This document shows, in pieces, positions 1-10,655 of a DNA stretch of 35,132 nt (positions are counted from its first letter, which is position 1; every line of letters begins with the position of its first letter). A program made the position numbers and the translations under genes. The DNA is from Thraustochytrium aureum (lineage: Eukaryota). Below the pieces are notes generated by a model. It did no database searches. It saw only the letters and a program-made list of their open reading frames with translations, and had not been told where the DNA came from. The stretch spans positions 84,755 to 119,886 of the forward strand of contig BLSG01000178.1 of NCBI GenBank assembly GCA_012862495.1. Direction: 5' to 3'.

Positions 1-2385
1 GAGGACGAGGACGAGGACGAGGACAGCGGGACCATGGACGATGCGGTTTTTTCAGACTCTGCGGACGAGTTCATCAAGCTCGGCCCGTCACGCTTCGGAA
101 TGAGCGGCGCCGCGTCCGAGCCCGACCACGCCAAAGACTTGCACGCGGCCCTGCGGCTCTTTGAAGCGGGAGACACCGTGCCGTTCATTGCGCGGTACCG
201 ACGCCAAGCCACGAACGGCTTGGAGGCTGAAACCCTGGAAAGTCTTGTGCGCGCGTTTGAGAGGTTCAAAAACCTCGTGGACAAGAAGAACAAGCTCCAC
301 CGGCAACTTGCCAAGGGAGGCAAACGGAGCGCTGAAGTGACGAAGCGAATCGCTGTGGCGTCTTCTCTGCCCGAAGTGGAGGACATCGCGAAAGAATTTC
401 GGTCCCCGCGGTCGACCAAGGCCGGGAAGGCCCTTGAGGCTGGCTTTGGCCCTCTGGCAGACGAAGTCGAAAAGCTTGGCAAGCGCGCGTACAGTCAGAG
501 CAACGCCGCCTGGGGTGCACTCGTTCGAGCCCATGCACCTTTCGCGACCGCCGAAGAGGCAAGGAGGGGTGTCGTGGACATCCTGTCACACCGGATCGCT
601 CACGACGTGAACGTGAAGACGTGGGCTCGCACCGTCTTTTCTACCAAATCCAAGGTGTCCGTCTCCGTCAAGGCCGAGGCAGTCAACGCGTCCAACTTCC
701 AAAAGTACGACAAGTTTGAGGGCTACGTGACGGGTCTCAGGGATTTTGAAATCCTTGCCATCAACCGTGGCCACGCGCTTGGCTGCCTCTCGCTAACCTT
801 TGTGAGCCCGCCAGATATGCCGACAAAGCTGCTGCATCGCTCCAAGTGGCCGGGCGCAGGCAAATCGGAGCTTGGCAGCCTCCTTGAGCAGAGCGCCAAA
901 GAGGCCTGGGACCGCCTTATTCGCCCCTCGCTGGTTCGGAGGTTCGCAAGCACCTCACTCTGAAGGCGCACGAGTCGGCGATCGTCACGTTCACTTCCAA
1001 TTTGCGCTCTCTCCTGACCGTGCCGCCGCTGCGGCGCCCGGGCAATGTAATGGGCCTCGACCCCGGGTTTGCGAAAGGGTGCAAGGTTGCGGTCGTGGAC
1101 CAGGACGGTGCCGTCCTCGCCGCAACCGTCGTCCAGCTCAACAGCCGTGCAGCGCCCTCAATCTTGGCGGATCTTTTGTCGTCCTATCGAGTCGCCACCG
1201 TGGCGATCGGCAACGGAACGGCTTCGCGAGAGGCAGAGCTGCTGGTCGCGGAGGCGACCGAAAAGGTCGAGCACGAGGTGCAGTACGCCGTTGTGGACGA
1301 GTCTGGGGCTTCCATCTACTCCACCTCGGCGGCCGCTAGGCAAGAGTTCGGGAGCAGAGACCCGCTCGAGATCGGGGCGATATCGATCGCGCGCCGGATG
1401 CAAAACAGCCTCTGCGAGCTCGTCAAGTACGAGCCCTCTTCGCTTGGTGTTGGTATGTACCAGAAGGACATTTCCGAAGCGTCCCTTTCGAAAGCGCTCG
1501 GGGTGGTTGTCGAGTCCTGCGTCTCTCTCTGCGGCGTGGACGTTAACCGTGCCCCGCTGGCCCTGTTGCAACGCGTCTCGGGCCTGACCCCCGCCCAGGC
1601 CAAGGCGATCCGGGCCCGAGTCGAAGCAACGGGGCCCCTCAAGTCGCGCCGAGAACTCCTTGACGTTCGGGGCGTGACTGTTGAAGCATACCGGTCTTGC
1701 GCAGGGGTTTTTGCGCGTATTCGAAGGCTCTGAGCCGCTCGATACGACAATCGTGCACCCGGAGGCGTACGACGCCGCGCGCCGCTTGCTAGAGCGAGCA
1801 GCGCGGACCGAAGGGCTGAGTGTGGCGAACCTACTCGCGGACCGGGACCGCCTCAACCGCGCGCTGTCTCGGTGCGACCCCCAAGGCGACGAGGAGGCAG
1901 ACTGCGCCCGTTTGTTGGCCTCGCCGTGGGATCCGCGCGAGATACGGCCCAACACGCAGCTGCTCAAGCGGCCACGCTCTCTTGCGGACATTGAGGTCGG
2001 CACAAGGCTGCTTGGTGTCGTTCGAAACAAGGTTCCCTTTGGCTTTTTTGTCGACGTGCACGTCGGGAGGGACGGGCTCTTGCACAAGTCATCCATTCGC
2101 CGGGCCGAGTGGGAAAGCCTGACGGTTGGCGATGCCGTGCCAGTGCGCGTGAAGAGCAAAGATGAGGCGACCAGCAGACTCGGCCTCGAGTACGACTATG
2201 GCAATGGGGGCGCGGCCAAGCCAGTTGCAGCCCCGCGGCAAGTGCAAGTCGCGAAGGCGCCGCCGCCGGCCGAAACAAGAGCCAAGGGAAAGCGGCCGCG
2301 GCAATCGCGTGAACCAGAATCGCCGGACGCAGGACATTCTCGCGGTGCCACCAAGCGGGCTCGCGGACCAAGCGCCTCCAAATGA
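1..2385 (+). CDS. SRBD1: Tex/SRBD1-like S1 RNA-binding domain protein; 5'-partial, two apparent frameshifts (~938 and ~1704)
   Basis: Three consecutive ORFs give the Tex domain order: GDTVPFIARYRRQATNGL (Tex N-terminus), MGLDPGFAKGCKVAVVD...AIGNGTASRE...VDESGASIYS (YqgF/RNase H-like), SLGVGMYQKD and GVDVNRA (HhH), GFLRV..EPLDTTIVHPEAY, then an S1 domain GVVRNKVPFGFFVDVHVGRDGLLHKS. Bases 1-33 (EDEDEDEDSGT) are in frame with the ATG at 34, so the gene probably starts upstream of the window. Confidence 0.92.
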
Positions 2386-2865
2386 ATGATGACTCGCTGG
2401 CCGTGCATGATCAGAGCTCATTCTGACCCCTGTCGTCCGCTCAGAAGACCAAAACGCGAACGACCGGCTCCGAGCTCGAAAAGCAAACAACATCATGACA
2501 GACTTCGATGGGTTCAAGGGCAGAAAGACCAACCAGCGTGGCGACCGACCCCAGCACCGATCGGGCCGCGGGGGCATCTGGCTGCAATCTCCACCCCACC
2601 ATCCATCATACCCCACCGGCGCGACCACGGCATCCAGCATCACCATCATCTTGATCAACCAAAGCATGCACGCGCACATCCCAGTGGCCTCGCCGTATCC
2701 TCAAGCCACAGCGTGCGCAATTCGAGTGACGTTCACCACCTTTCGACTAGAGAGCAACTTTTGTTCGCCGATGATGTCGCGTCGAAACGACTGCGGGCCA
2801 GGTGGCCAAAGCAGACAGCCAACTCGCAGCAGAAGCGAGCGCGCGGCAGACCCAATCGAGGCCCG

Positions 2866-2894
2866 GACGCACGCACGCACGGAGGCACGGAGGC
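2866..2894. repeat. GCAC/GGAGGCAC low-complexity tract at a gap edge
   Basis: gacgcacgcacgcacggaggcacggaggc lies directly before the N-run at 2895. Confidence 0.6.
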
Positions 2895-3074
2895 NNNNNN
2901 NNNNNNNNNNNNNNNNNNNNNNNNNNNNNNNNNNNNNNNNNNNNNNNNNNNNNNNNNNNNNNNNNNNNNNNNNNNNNNNNNNNNNNNNNNNNNNNNNNNN
3001 NNNNNNNNNNNNNNNNNNNNNNNNNNNNNNNNNNNNNNNNNNNNNNNNNGCGCACGACGCCACGTGGTCGAGCT

Positions 3075-3113
3075 CTTGCTTGCTAGCTTGCTAGCTTGCT
3101 GGCTTGCTTGCTG
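3075..3113. repeat. (GCTT/GCTA/GCTG)n tetranucleotide microsatellite
   Basis: cttgcttgctagcttgctagcttgctggcttgcttgctg upstream of the patatin gene. Confidence 0.75.
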
Positions 3114-3445
3114 ATTGAGGAGTGGCTGGGCTCGGGCAAGTGCGGCGGACGAGGTCGACGTGCGGGTCGGGACTTGCTCTCGGACGGTCCCGCACAGCTC
3201 TCCAGGGCAGTCCACGGCGTCGCGAGGACGTGCGAGGCACACGGCGGGCCCACGGCGTCGCGTGGAGTTGGCTGGTCGCTGGCTGGTGCAAGGCCGAGGC
3301 CGAGCGGACGAGGCCGCGCGAACGCACACCCAAGCCACGTGCCGAGGTAGCAAGGGGTGTGCTGTGCTGGCCGAACGGGCTCCGGGGTGGACGGACGAGA
3401 AGACCAGCGTGATCTGGCGAGTTGGAGCGTGGCGCGGGGAGGGCC

Positions 3446-5107
3446 ATGGATGCGTCGAGGTGGTGGCGCAAGATGGTTGGCGGCAGCAAGCCACAGTTTG
3501 CGGTGCGCGACAGGGTCCACCGCGAGCTCCAGGCGACGCGAGAGCGCGTGCAGAGCGTGACGGACAACACATGGCAAAACCTGGATCGCGAATTCCGCCG
3601 CTTGCAGGAAATCAAAGACGACACCATGGAGAAGATGCACGCAGGGTTCAACCTGCGCAAGTCTGTGGTCCAGAAAGAGCTTGAACTGATCAAGGCAGAG
3701 GCGAGGGGCAAGGCCAAGTCGTTCTGGATCAACCTTGCGTTTTACGCGCAGCTGCTCGTGTTCGTGGGACCGGCCGTCTACTGCGTTTGGTTTGTCTGCA
3801 GCGAGCACCCAAACGTGCTCTTGTTCGGGACTCTCTACATGATCTGCCTGGTCCTCTTCCTGGTGTGGGTGCTGGTCATGCCGAGCCGCAACCATCGCGG
3901 CATCTCCTTTTTCAAGCGGTACGAACTCACCCCAGAGGAGGACCGCAGGATTTCAGAGTGCATCTCTCGCGCACACAAGCGCACGGAGGCGTCCCCGACT
4001 CAGCAACTCTGGGACGCAAAAGACAAGGACAAGCCCGCTTTCATCCTCTCGCTCGACGGCGGCGGCATCAAAGGCGCGGTCTCCGCACGCATCCTCGGCC
4101 GTATTTGCAGCGAGTTTCCAGACTTTCTCGACCAGGTTGACCTGGTCGCAGGCTGCTCCACAGGCTCGATCCTTGGCGGCATGCTGGCCACGGGCTTCAC
4201 CCCCGACGAAATAGTCGAGATGTTCGACGTGGCTTCGCCAGTGATCTTCCGGACCACGGCGTGGGAGCAGCTCTTGCACCTGGGCGGACTCTCGGGCTCG
4301 AACCACGACGGCGAAGGCAAGTACCAGATCCTAAGCGCGGCGTTTCGCGGGCTGCGGATGCGCGAACTGAAGATGGGACTGTGTATCACGGCGAGCCACG
4401 TCGAGGAGCACTCGTTCATCGACAACCACTGCGCCCCGCGGCTTTGGTCGAACGTGGTCAGCCACCACGACCACCCCTACCGAGGGCACCACGACTTTGA
4501 CTTTACGAGGGCGCTCACGGTCGAAGCGGCGCTTGACCGGGCGAGCGCGGAGGCGGTCGAGCTCTGCGAAAACAGCAAAGGGAGCGAGCTCGCGCAGGTG
4601 AGCGCTGACTTGACGGGCGACGGCGTGCTCAACATGAAGCTCGCGGACGTCGTAAACGGGTCCACGGCAGCCCCGCTGTACTTTCCGTCACACCAAGGCC
4701 ATGTTGACGGGGGCCTTTGGAGCAACAACCCGTCCATGGCGGCCCTTGCGCACGTGACGCCTGTCCGCAGAGTTGAAAATATTGCGATGCTCTCAATCAG
4801 CACGGGGCTGCACATTCCGGACGAAAAGTGCAAGGTGAGCGGCCGGAACTGGGGTCTGCGCCAGTGGTTGCCGTGGATCATCGACTTTCTATTCAATGCC
4901 AACATGGCGGCGACACACCTCTCGGTGCAGGCGATGCTGCAGGACCGGTACCATCGTATCGAGCCAATCCTCCCGAAACCGGTCGCTCTCAACGATGTCG
5001 GGGCGATGGGGGAGCTTATTGCGGCAGCCGACGAGGTCGACCTTACAGCGACCTTTCGCTTCCTGGACTCGCGGGGCTTTCGCCGCGCCCATTCCAAACA
5101 CGAATGA
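3446..5107 (+). CDS. Patatin-like phospholipase with N-terminal coiled-coil and two predicted TM helices
   Basis: Intact ORF from ATG 3446. It has ILSLDGGGIKG (oxyanion loop), AGCSTGS (GxSxG nucleophile), STAAPLYFPS and HVDGGLWSNNP (catalytic Asp), plus MLSISTG. Hydrophobic stretches LAFYAQLLVFVGPAVYCVWFV and LLFGTLYMICLVLFLVWVLVM precede the domain. Confidence 0.93.
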   Translation: MDASRWWRKMVGGSKPQFAVRDRVHRELQATRERVQSVTDNTWQNLDREFRRLQEIKDDTMEKMHAGFNLRKSVVQKELELIKAEARGKAKSFWINLAFYAQLLVFVGPAVYCVWFVCSEHPNVLLFGTLYMICLVLFLVWVLVMPSRNHRGISFFKRYELTPEEDRRISECISRAHKRTEASPTQQLWDAKDKDKPAFILSLDGGGIKGAVSARILGRICSEFPDFLDQVDLVAGCSTGSILGGMLATGFTPDEIVEMFDVASPVIFRTTAWEQLLHLGGLSGSNHDGEGKYQILSAAFRGLRMRELKMGLCITASHVEEHSFIDNHCAPRLWSNVVSHHDHPYRGHHDFDFTRALTVEAALDRASAEAVELCENSKGSELAQVSADLTGDGVLNMKLADVVNGSTAAPLYFPSHQGHVDGGLWSNNPSMAALAHVTPVRRVENIAMLSISTGLHIPDEKCKVSGRNWGLRQWLPWIIDFLFNANMAATHLSVQAMLQDRYHRIEPILPKPVALNDVGAMGELIAAADEVDLTATFRFLDSRGFRRAHSKHE

Positions 5108-5783
5108 CGGGACACTTGCATTGGAAATGCTAAATGATAATAAGCTGNNNNNNNNNNNNNNNNNNNNNNNNNNNNNNNNNNNNNNNNNNNNNNNNNNNNN
5201 NNNNNNNNNNNNNNNNNNNNNNNNNNNNNNNNNNNNNNNNNNNNNNNNNNNNNNNNNNNNNNNNNNNNNNNNNNNNNNNNNNNNNNNNNNNNNNNNNNNN
5301 NNNNNNNNNNNNNNNNNNNNNNNNNNNNNNNNNNNNNNNNNNNNNNNNNNNNNNNNNNNNNNNNNNNNNNNNNNNNNNNNNNNNNNNNNNNNNNNNNNNN
5401 NNNNNNNNNNNNNNNNNNNNNNNNNNNNNNNNNNNNNNNNNNNNNNNNNNNNNNNNNNNNNNNNNNNNNNNNNNNNNNNNNNNNNNNNNNNNNNNNNNNN
5501 NNNNNNNNNNNNNNNNNNNNNNNNNNNNNNNNNNNNNNNNNNNNNNNNNNNNNNNNNNNNNNNNNNNNNNNNNNNNNNNNNNNNNNNNNNNNNNNNNNNN
5601 NNNNNNNNNNNNNNNNNNNNNNNNNNNNNNNNNNNNNNNNNNNNNNNNNNNNNNNNNNNNNNNNNNNNNNNNNNNNNNNNNNNNNNNNNNNNNNNNNNNN
5701 NNNNNNNNNNNNNNNNNNNNNNNNNNNNNNNNNNNNNNNNNNNNNNNNNNNNNNNNNNNNNNNNNNNNNNNNNNNNNNNNNNN

Positions 5784-8700
5784 ACTTGCTCGGGCAGGAG
5801 AACACGCGCAGCTTCATTCGCCCCTCCCTCGACCTCGCGGCGCTCCTCTCGCCGTTCACAGACGCAGACGGGGCCGAGACGCCGGAAGGCCGCGCCAAGT
5901 GGAAGCCGTGCCAGACCGCACTGCTTCTCTTCCTCAAAACGTGGACGGGGCTCTTCTATCTCGCTTCGGACCCGAGCGGGTTGAGCACACTCGTCGAGAT
6001 GCTGGTGCAACCTGTCAGCCTGGAGCTGCGGCGCACCATCCTGGAGACGATCTTCCTGGCCTTTCTTCACCTCTCCCCGTATGACGTCACAACAGACCTC
6101 GACTCGTCCGCCGAGAAGAGCAGCGAAGAGGCGCTGCCACCAAGTCAGGGCGTCCCTCCGGGCCGCCGCCGATCGTCGCCAGGGCCGGCGGGGGTGCAGC
6201 CGCCGCAGGTGGACTACTGGGGAATCGGCCCCCACGCGCGCGCCGCGATGGAGCTCACCTCGTTCGGATACTCCTCCGAGTACTTTCCCGAGGCACAGAC
6301 GCAACCGCACGTGGTAATGAACCAGTTTCTGGCCATGGTCCTGCGCGCCTTCTTGGAGTGCGGCCTGGTCGAAGCGCTGGTGGAGCTCCTGATCACGGAA
6401 AACCCGCCCATCTCCAAGGTGGCAGCCCAGCTGTTGAGCTTCCTAATGCGCATTTCGGAGCGGTTGTTTCCGGGCTCCAAGCACTTGAAGTGGTTTAGCC
6501 TCTCCAAGCTCGTGGAGCGGGCGACGGCCCACGACCAACTCGGGTCGCCGGACCCGGCCGAAAAGCTCGGGCCCAGACGGGCTTCGCGCATCCTAGGCCT
6601 GTTTCGCAGCGTAGTGGGCGCCACCTTTGACTCCGTGGTCGCCACGGTGCGAGCCCGTTACACGTTTGAGGACGCGATGGCGCTTTGCTCCGAGCTGGGG
6701 CTTCTCAGCGCGCCGCTGTCCGAGTCAGAGCGACAAAACATGGGCATCTCCCCGCGAGGCAGCATCGCGTCGCTGCCCTACACGCCACACCTAATGGCGT
6801 CGCTCCTGCTAGAATCGTCGATTGGGGGCCTGGTGGCAGACTCGAGCGCCAACCTGCTCGCCTCGCCGCTCCTTCGCGCAAGCTCACCGTCCTCGAACGG
6901 GATGGGGGAGAGCTTTGGCGGCTCGACAACCCCAAGCGGTGCAGGCAAGCGAAAGTCGCGGCTCTTCGCAAGCATCAAGAGCCCCCGACGCTCGTGTCCA
7001 AGTCGCGGCGCGCCGAGCGGCGCATCCTCGCAGACGCAGACCAGCACCATGTCATTCAGAGAAAGCTGCTCGAGGCGTTCGAGCTCCAGCAACGCGAGGG
7101 ACTAGGAGATGTCGCTGGCCGGAGCCTATTCACCCAAATCGACGGCAATCCAGAGGCGACCAGACCGTCGTTTCCTCTCAGTAACTGCGGGCACCGCCGG
7201 GACGTCCGCACACAGATGCTCACCGACCTCGCGTACGGCGACGTGGACAGGATGAACGTTTTGGTCTACCAATCGCAGGTTCTGCAAGGCAAGGACTGGA
7301 CCAAGTGGGATTGGGACGCCATCGACGAGACCATCACAGGGTGCCTGCGGCACCGCGGTCTGTGCCTGGAGATCATGAAGACCAAGTTCATCAAGCGCAT
7401 AATGGGATTTTTCCGGGCCACGTCCATCGGCGAGTTCCTTGTCCTCCCGTGGAAAGCCCAGTACCTACCGTACACAGGGGTCGCGGTCTCCCTCGTTCAC
7501 GTGCTCCTGGGCTTTCAGGAGGGCGTAGAATTTCTCCGCTACGATCGGCGCGGCAAGATTCACCGTCAGGTAGTGGAGGCCCTGCAGCGCGAGCTGCAAG
7601 TGCGCGACTTGCCGCAACCGCAACACACACAAGGCACCATGTTTGCCAGCTCCTACTTCACCGTCGCTGGCAACTTTGATGCTGCGCTGCTGGACGAAGC
7701 CGACGGCCACGCGCCGCCTCGGCAGTTTTCGCCTGGTCTTGTGGCAGCGTCTGGCGTGGAGCCCCAGAGCGCAGAGGCGCGCACGCCGCCAGCCGCCGCA
7801 GCCGCCGCCCCGGGGCCAGGAAACGACGGCCCTGGCGCTGGCGCTGGAGCGGTCCAGAGACTCTTTTCGCCGGCCGCCTGCTCGCGCTCAATGACGCGAG
7901 AGCTGATTCGCATCCTTGGCGCGTATACATCGCACGAAACAGGAATTGACCTGCTCGAGGAACACGGGTTTTTCAACCTGCTGACGGAGATCGCCCGCCT
8001 GCCCACCAAAGACTACCTTACCGAGTTGGTGATCACCAGCCTCGACCTCGCAACCTCCGAGGCGTGCCGCGAGTGGCTGCAGAGGCTCGCGGTGCACCAA
8101 AGCATCTCGCTTGGGCTCGCGCTGTTTCTTGTCGGGTACCTCCGAGCGCAGCTAAGGCGAGAGAGCACGCGAACCAACGCCGCGTTCTCGCGCTGGATAA
8201 TTGAGGTGATCTTCTCCATGCTGGGCTGGGGCGGGGCTGTAACGAGCTCTGCAGTGTCGGTCCTCAACGAGCTCGTCTACTACCCGAGCTACCTTTCGGT
8301 TATTGTTTCGCTGGACTTTGGGCCGCTGCGGCCTTTCGTGGGCCTGCGCTTTGCGCGCCCACTCTTTTTCCGACTGCTCGGGACGCGCCGCGGCTTTTTC
8401 GTATTGCAGGACCTGGGATGGCTCGACCGCGTCGCCACCGAGTGGGAGCTGGTCCAGTCTGTAAAGTATGCAGCGCGTTTTGAGACCCTTATGGCCCTCA
8501 AGATGCTCTGCCGAAACGAGCCCCTGACCGCCGTGCCCAAGTGCTACGACGCGTTTCAGGTCTCGCTTGCGGGCAGCGGAGGCGAGGGCGTCGAGGCCCA
8601 CTCCAACGCGGGTGGCGAGGACAGAATCCATCATGGCGACGACGACGAGGAGCTCGCTGACCGTGTCGAAGTCGCCTTCGACGAGGCCTTTGGGCTCGAA

Positions 8701-10498
8701 GCCGCATCCAGGAACGCGTCGCGACAGCTTCTCGAGCGCAAGTCGACGCCCCATCCCATGCGTATCCCAGTGCGCGCCTTCGAGGCGAGTGCGAAAAGCG
8801 AGCCAGGGTTTTCCGCCCCTGACCTGCTCTCTCTCACGAGGCTGCCGTGGGTCGTCGAGCTCTGGATCAAGACGCGCGACGGCCGAGTCACCTACGTGCC
8901 TGTCCACACGCTGCTCGACTGCTCCCACGCCACCGGCCCCGAGTTTGGGCCCGAGCTCGCTGCCCTTTCGGCCGAGCCTCAATGGTGTTCGCTGCGATGG
9001 CGATGCGCCTCGAGGTAGCTCTGGCGGCGCCGGTCCTGGACTAGTGTTTGGGGACCCCAGCATCGAAACGATGCACCGCGACTTGTGCGCTGTTGCGCAG
9101 CCTCTTAGCGGTGGCCTGGCTGTCCCCGCGGACGCGGTGCTGTACGCAACGCTCACGCTCGCTGGGGACCCGGTGCTGCGCAACGGCCTCGTCGAGCCGT
9201 CGCCCGGGGGCGGGGGCGGGTTTTGCGTGCCAATGGCCACGCGGGCGCACCGAACGAGTAGCGTAACTCGGCGAAGGGGCGCAGTTCACCTCACTCGCAC
9301 GTCAAACGGGGCCACAGTTGCCTCGATGGGCGGGGCGGTGTCTGGGGCTGGCCAAACCGTTACTGTCGACGAGATGCTCGACTTTCACTTGACCACGCGC
9401 GAGGCTTTCGGCGACCTCGATGACGACAAGTATTGGGCCAAGTGCGGTCCTCAGCACCGGAAAAGTCAAACCGCCGGCAGCGACGCGAACGCCGCCCCCT
9501 CGGCGCACTTCTCCGCAAGTCGGTCTCGCGAGAACAGTGGCGCTTGTGTCGACGACAGGTACTTTTCGGTGTGCCCAGGGCCCAACTCGCCCGCGACCTT
9601 CAAGTTTACTCGCACGAGCGGTGACGCCAGTGGAGCTCTGCTGCTGCTCTCGGTGTCGTTCCACCTGAGCACCCGGCCAGACTTTCCGAACGCGCCCTAT
9701 ATGCCGACCCACCTGTTCGGCGAACTGAGCAAGACTTCGAACGGGGCAAACTACCTCGTCCAGCGCGGCACCCTGCAACGCGCGCTCGACGGCCTCATGA
9801 GGTTCGATCAGCCCGCGCTCCTGAGCCGGGCCACGCTGTGGACGCTCGCCCATATATCGTCGTCGGAATTCGGCCTGAACGCGGTGCTCAAGTTGGGCGC
9901 CTCTATGCGGGACCACGAAGGCCGCCTCACAAACGCGATCAAGCTCATCTCGGATATCGCGGTCGCCAGCAACAACCTGTCGCTCCGCGGGACCGCCGTC
10001 ACAGCCCTGAGCCTTGTCTCGAAAACGGAGCGCGGTCGCCGACTCTTGCGCGATAACGGCTGGCAAACGGAGCAAAACGGCAATCAGGTACATGGCAATG
10101 TCGTCGTGCCGCGCTCCTTCTCCATGGCATACCGCCCTCTGGAGACTGCCAAGACGCGCCGAGTTTGGGACGGGCTCGACTTGTGTTTCAACCAACCAGA
10201 GACTGACCCGCTGCCGATACCCGGACTAGACGAGGAGGCGCTCACGGCTGTGTTCGGCGCGGTGTCTCGAATGATCAACCAAATCACGATGAAGGAAGCG
10301 CACGGCACTCTTGTGCGGCTCAAGGCCAAGCACCCCGACCTGTTTGCGTCCCCGCTCGTGCTCTTGCGGGTTCACGAATTTCTGGACAACTTTAGCTTTG
10401 AGCCCTGGGTTCGACAGTTCCTGTTCAAGCTGTTCCACGTGCACGTCCCCTTCGATCAGCTCGCCACGTGGGCCAAGTTCGACCAAATCGACATGTAA
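5784..10498 (+). CDS. RICTOR: Rictor/Avo3/Ste20/PiaA, TORC2 scaffold subunit; N-terminus in the gap 5148-5783, apparent frameshifts at ~6984 and ~8940
   Basis: Motifs match the Rictor family in order: FIRPSLDLAALLSPFTD and FLKTWTGL (RICTOR_N), SQVLQGKDWTKWDWDAI...KFIKRIMGFF (RICTOR_M), YMPTHLFGELSKTSNG, ATLWTLAHISSSEFG and LSLRGTAVTALSLVSKTERGRRLLRDNGW (RICTOR_V), then C-terminal LKAKHPDLF...FSFEPWVRQFLFKLF. Confidence 0.9.
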
Positions 10499-10655
10499 AC
10501 GGAAAGACGAGCAAGTGCGAGGCGCAACCCGCCAGCAACTGCGGGCCGCGACCTGACCGCGCAGCTCAAGGTTGACCAGGAGAGAAATCGGAGGACAAGC
10601 GCGCTGAGGCCCAGGACCGGCAGGACCGTCGACCAACTCACCAAGCCCACCGGGA

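Noticed and set aside
2386..3412. ORFs between Tex and patatin (e.g. 2386..3114, 2495..3094)
   Set aside because: No recognisable motifs, and their length is inflated by N-runs and microsatellite sequence.
3446..5107. CBASS CapV-like defence system suggested by the patatin
   Set aside because: The context is eukaryotic housekeeping genes, with no CD-NTase or other CBASS component nearby.
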